This document shows positions 60,251 through 64,000 of a stretch of DNA of 64,000 nt, piece by piece (the stretch's first letter is position 1; every line of letters begins with the position of its first letter). The notes under the pieces were generated by a model, which saw only the letters and a list, made by a program, of their open reading frames with translations, was not told where the DNA came from and did not search any database. Source of the stretch: Acidobacteriota bacterium (GTDB taxonomy: Bacteria; Acidobacteriota; UBA6911; RPQK01; JAJDTT01); contig OZ242374.1 of the NCBI GenBank assembly GCA_965209055.1, positions 5,248,001 through 5,312,000 on the forward strand, written 5' to 3'. Position numbers and translations under genes: made by a program.

Positions 60251-60513
60251 CGGAGCGCCGCTGGGAGATGGTGGGGCTGGTGTGATCAGGACGAACGCCG
60301 TAGTCGCAAGCCCGGGAGTTCGAGACCTCGGCATCGGAGATCCGAAAGTGGGCCAAGCCGGCGGAATCGGAAGAAGGTGCTCCGGAGTGACGGGTCGAAG
60401 ATCTGCCGCTCCTCTCGCCGCCGGGGGAGCCGTGTAATGAAGCCCCTCCAGGCTTCTGTAAGTCTACCCGCTTTGTTCACTCCGATCCCATCGCGCCGAA
60501 AACCGGGAAGTCT

Positions 60514-60675
60514 GACATTTTCAAATGGCCATTGAAAGTTGACACTGGATACGACCGTCTCCCCCCATCTCCTGATTTTTCCTCCGACACTTTCGATCAA
60601 CCTCCGGTATGTATCCCAATGATCGGACCTGCGGCCTGGCTCACCGAAACAATGCGTTGGCCGGCCACGAGTCCA
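60514..60675. repeat. Diverged ~160-bp repeat, copy 1 (copy 2 at 63061-63223)
   Basis: Shared GACATTT.CAAATGGCCATTGA...GACACTGGATA.GACCGTCTCC...AACCTCCGGTATGTATCCCAA...CACCGAAACAA...GAGTCCA. Confidence 0.85.
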
Positions 60676-60766
60676 AAGTAGCATCCGCGAATCCTTGCGG
60701 TGGAGCTTGGGTTCCCATGGGCTCCACAGCGTAACGCTAACGTTCAACAACGAAAGGAGACTTACT

Positions 60767-61573
60767 ATGGGATGGAAAAGTCCTGACTGGAGCGACGAAT
60801 TTTCGGGAAACAACACGAACCTGGCAAACCGTTCGGGGTGGGATGATTGGTATACGGAACTCCCCATCAACGCTGGAGTGGTGGGAGGCGGGGTTGCCAA
60901 GCTAATCAACGTTGATCCGCCCGGCGGGGACGGCGGTGATGAAGACCAGACGGTCTCCGGGGCTGTGACATCCGCATCCCAGGTTCCGGTACTCGATACG
61001 TCTCCGAACGAACGGAACAAGTGGACTGTCGTCGCGGACTTCTACGCAAAAACTCGGTACAACCCCTTGTGGGGGCATATCGGAATCTTTCTTCGAGTGC
61101 ATGATAGAGATTACCGCAAGGCAGGAGAAGCCGACACCCACCGTGACCAGACTCGGTTCGGGTGCTTCGTACGCGGAGACGAAACCAGGAATACTCCACA
61201 GGCGGCTCTTCAGTTCCATGGAGACAAGGCATCGGCTCCCGATTACAGTAAGCGATACATCCGGCGCTTCGATTTGGACGAAGACCCCTTTGACCACCCG
61301 AATACGAAGTACCGAATCCAAATCATCGAAGAGGAGTGGTTGAGTCCCCTGACCGGTTGGACTCATCGATGGAAGGGAGAGGTATGGAAGAACCCCGGAG
61401 CGAACAACGCTGTTCGAATCGGCCATTACCATTCCATCAGTGAGAACGTCCTGAGTGATCGGGACATCGCCATTCCCTCGCTGTCGGGGTCCAAGATCGC
61501 CTTGGGTAGCGGTCCTGCCCGCGCCGGCGAGGTCCATGTGGACTTTGTGGGCAACGCCGGTTGGGACTACTAA
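60767..61573 (+). CDS. Hypothetical protein (beta-rich, possibly ConA/LamG-like)
   Basis: AAAGGAGA RBS; WSDEFSG start as in ConA-like folds; Trp-rich alternating strands. Confidence 0.65.
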   Translation: MGWKSPDWSDEFSGNNTNLANRSGWDDWYTELPINAGVVGGGVAKLINVDPPGGDGGDEDQTVSGAVTSASQVPVLDTSPNERNKWTVVADFYAKTRYNPLWGHIGIFLRVHDRDYRKAGEADTHRDQTRFGCFVRGDETRNTPQAALQFHGDKASAPDYSKRYIRRFDLDEDPFDHPNTKYRIQIIEEEWLSPLTGWTHRWKGEVWKNPGANNAVRIGHYHSISENVLSDRDIAIPSLSGSKIALGSGPARAGEVHVDFVGNAGWDY

Positions 61574-62292
61574 GGAGAGTTCACTGGTATCCCGCTGAAG
61601 AACCCGGTTTCCCGGGAGAAGTTCAAGGCGCCTACGGCGATTTGGGTCTCCCCTTGAACGTGAACGAGTCCGGTTATCCCCGTGGACGGAGGGTTGTATC
61701 CGTCTACGGGGACCAACTCTGAGAGAAAACGGCTCAGTCGGCTCATCGGCGCAATCTCCCAGGATCGTTCCTGTGTCTCGGCCGATTTCCATCTTGGATG
61801 GAACCGGACGGTTACAATCTGCTTGCTCCCCGTGGGGTTGACGATTGACACGGTGGTCTCCTCTCCTTTCACCTTCCTTCCATAGAACCGAAAGTCGGTC
61901 CCTGGTGCTACGGCATCGGAGAAGGTCTCAAAGGCTGGTTTCCCGTCACGGTAGACGGTAATGTGGCTCAGGGCCCGAAGGGACCGGTTTGCAGGATATG
62001 TCAGACGCACCCATCCATTCCCGATGAAGTTGCCCTCGAAGTCCGGTTCGAACAGGACCCACTCGAACGAGTTTTGTCCCAGGCCATAAGTCTCCCGGTC
62101 CCCCAGGACAGGACGACCCTCAGCCGTGAACCCATGGGCCCTGAATCGAGAAGAACGCCCCTCGGCCTCCGTGACTATCAAGCCGGTGATGTAGTTGAGG
62201 GTGTTGGGATAGATAGGGGCAATCAGGGTCTTGGTCGTTTCTTGAGCAGAGAAACCCAAAAGGAGATGGAGTGCGACGATCCACGATCTCAT
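61570..62292 (-). CDS. Secreted hypothetical protein
   Basis: Signal peptide MRSWIVALHLLLGFSAQ; TVSIVNPT...SRFLSELVP...IAVGAL pattern seen in Acidobacterial secreted proteins. Confidence 0.7.
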   Translation of the reverse strand: MRSWIVALHLLLGFSAQETTKTLIAPIYPNTLNYITGLIVTEAEGRSSRFRAHGFTAEGRPVLGDRETYGLGQNSFEWVLFEPDFEGNFIGNGWVRLTYPANRSLRALSHITVYRDGKPAFETFSDAVAPGTDFRFYGRKVKGEETTVSIVNPTGSKQIVTVRFHPRWKSAETQERSWEIAPMSRLSRFLSELVPVDGYNPPSTGITGLVHVQGETQIAVGALNFSRETGFFSGIPVNSP

Positions 62293-62529
62293 CTAGTAAG
62301 GGCCTCCAGAGGACATCTATACTGGTCAAGTGGTGTCGACCGTCGTTCAGGTAATCCCGACTGGGAATGAAGGTATCCCGGCACGGGGGGAATGTGCAAT
62401 AACAGGGGGCGCTTCGTCTTCGAGGAAGCCGGAAGGATGTGGCAGCCGGTTGCCGGCATTCCTCCTTCGCACGTGTCAAAAAAACCGGACAACTTGACGT
62501 GCCTAATAATAGATCCCCTTTGCCGAGCA

Positions 62530-62830
62530 CCAAGGCTATCTCACGCTAAATAGCCAGCAAATTGCCGGGAGAGCTGACTTTTTCATGCTGGGTCTTATTC
62601 CTCCGGCATGGAAGAATCAGACTTCATCTGGCCCCCCCTTGGTCAAGAACGAGACTCTCCGGCTGGCGCGCCCCGACGAGCGCCGCCGCTAGGATGCCAC
62701 CTTGGCCGATCATTACTATCTGGGATTCCAGCAATTTGCCGGTCGCGGTCTGAGCTATGTGGCCGAATACCAGAAGTGTTGGCTAGCCCTGATCGGTTGG
62801 CAATCGGGCGCTTTCAAGTGCCGTCTCCAA
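62530..62830 (+). pseudogene. DUF4338-containing (ISAs1-associated) transposase N-terminal remnant
   Basis: PDERRR*DATLADHYYLGF..FAGRGLSYVAEY..WLALIGWQSGAFKC with a TGG>TAG stop. CAAGGC-type end at ~62531. Confidence 0.65.
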
Positions 62831-63614
62831 TCGGAACTCCGCCCCCCGTCCCCCAGACCCTGGCATCCTCCAGCTGGGTCCCGGCCGTTGTGGCCTCATC
62901 AGAGTCCAAACTGGCCCCTTCCGCCCGGACTGAACTCGATGTCGATGGTCACCAACACCTGATCACTTGGTTTCCTCGGCCGAGGATCCTGGCGAACTTA
63001 TCTCCCGTCCCCTCACGTCGTGGAGGACACTCCACGAATGACAAGCGTGAGATCGCCCTCGACATTTGCAAATGGCCATTGACAGTGACACTGGATATGA
63101 CCGTCTCCTCCCGCATCTCCTGATATTTCCCCCGACACTTTTCACGAACCTCCGGTATGTATCCCAACAGCCGGACCTTCGGTCTGGTCCACCGAAACAA
63201 CCGGTGGGCTGGATATGAGTCCACACCGGTAAATGCCGTTGGATCGAGATCATTACGGAGACTGCGATAGAACTGCTTGTCAACGATCCTGACCGGATAG
63301 CGTTCCAGTTGGAGCCCGATACCGAATTGGACTCAGACTTCAAGAAACCCGAAGTCAAGACCGGCACCGTCTCTGACAAGGAGCTGGACAAGTGGCCGAA
63401 GTGCTCCATGAAGGGAGTCTACACTCGTCCTGGGCGTTCCGCGCTGTCCATCCAAATTTCGCCAATACGGGGTGAAGGCTTCTGGCGGTAGCTTTACCTC
63501 CGTCGCAGACAATCGAGAGATTCGGGGTGAACATCCACGGGTAGACACGTTTCGTCACACCTGCCCCGCAGCGGGCGATTTCATTGACGTACTGAAGGTA
63601 GAAGGAGGTCCAGA

Positions 63615-63947
63615 ATGACCGAAATAACGTTCAAGGCCGCTCTGACTCCTGCCAGACGACGCCTCGTCGAGGTGATGCAGGAGATCAACTACGGTCGGAT
63701 CGATCGGTTCGAAGTACGCGCGGGGGAGCCGGTACTCGATCCACCACCCAGGGTGGTGTGCCAGATCGTGTTCGGCAAGAACAATGGACCGAACGCTTGT
63801 CGCTACCAGGAGCAATTCGCCCTCAAGAAGCCGGTCTTGGAGTTGTTCGAGATCTTTGATCGGGAGCGGTCGCTCTCAATCCAGGAACTCGTGGTCAGCG
63901 ACGGTTTACCCGTCCGCATGACTGTGGCAGACGCGATCCGAATCTGA
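63615..63947 (+). CDS. Conserved hypothetical protein of integrative/prophage-like elements
   Basis: AAGGAGG RBS; LTPARRRLVEVMQEINYGRI...GEPVLDPPP...VSDGLP. Confidence 0.75.
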   Translation: MTEITFKAALTPARRRLVEVMQEINYGRIDRFEVRAGEPVLDPPPRVVCQIVFGKNNGPNACRYQEQFALKKPVLELFEIFDRERSLSIQELVVSDGLPVRMTVADAIRI

Positions 63948-64000
63948 ACCTCTGACTCGATATCAACAGCATTGTCCACACACCAGACAACCGACTGGCC

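Noticed and set aside
62660-62830. DUF4338 fragment as Druantia DruA
   Set aside because: It is a short stop-containing remnant with an IS-like end and no other dru genes; an ISAs1-associated transposase is more likely.

Overview
GC-rich bacterial window whose gene content points to an Acidobacteriota-like genome (inference). The indicative genes are two TonB-dependent receptors with carboxypeptidase-like N-domains, a GWxTD protein, two TPR + CRTAC1/ASPIC-UnbV modules and a DUF4838 protein. The backbone is a probable glycan or amino-sugar uptake and modification region. It holds five paralogous ~800-860 aa secreted proteins with a GH20-type N-terminal domain and an unusual IH(H/N/F)ED core, a split EamA pair, a TolB-like/lipoprotein/MBOAT/AlgJ-X operon and a phosphotriesterase-like gene. 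Four of these transcription units share a near-identical promoter cassette (TGGAC(T/A)TCAC-n7-CCCG-n3-TATnnT). Three accessory zones interrupt the backbone. The first (~11-25 kb) is a decaying defence-like island with HEPN-motif proteins, a helicase-nuclease split by an IS3 element with a CCT duplication, a UvrD fragment and several IS remnants. The second (~35-40 kb) contains an IS1634 element with a 147-bp target duplication inside a Gly-rich membrane-anchored protein gene. The third (from ~57 kb) is an integrative element whose tyrosine integrase carries a sense-oriented group II intron in codon 4, and splicing would restore the frame. A REP/BIME-like repeat family occurs at five loci; at three of them an extended form supplies the same in-frame C-terminal peptide (HRP(G/E)PADAR) to the host gene. 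No rRNA, tRNA or CRISPR array was recognised. All family calls come from motif recognition by eye, not from database searches.
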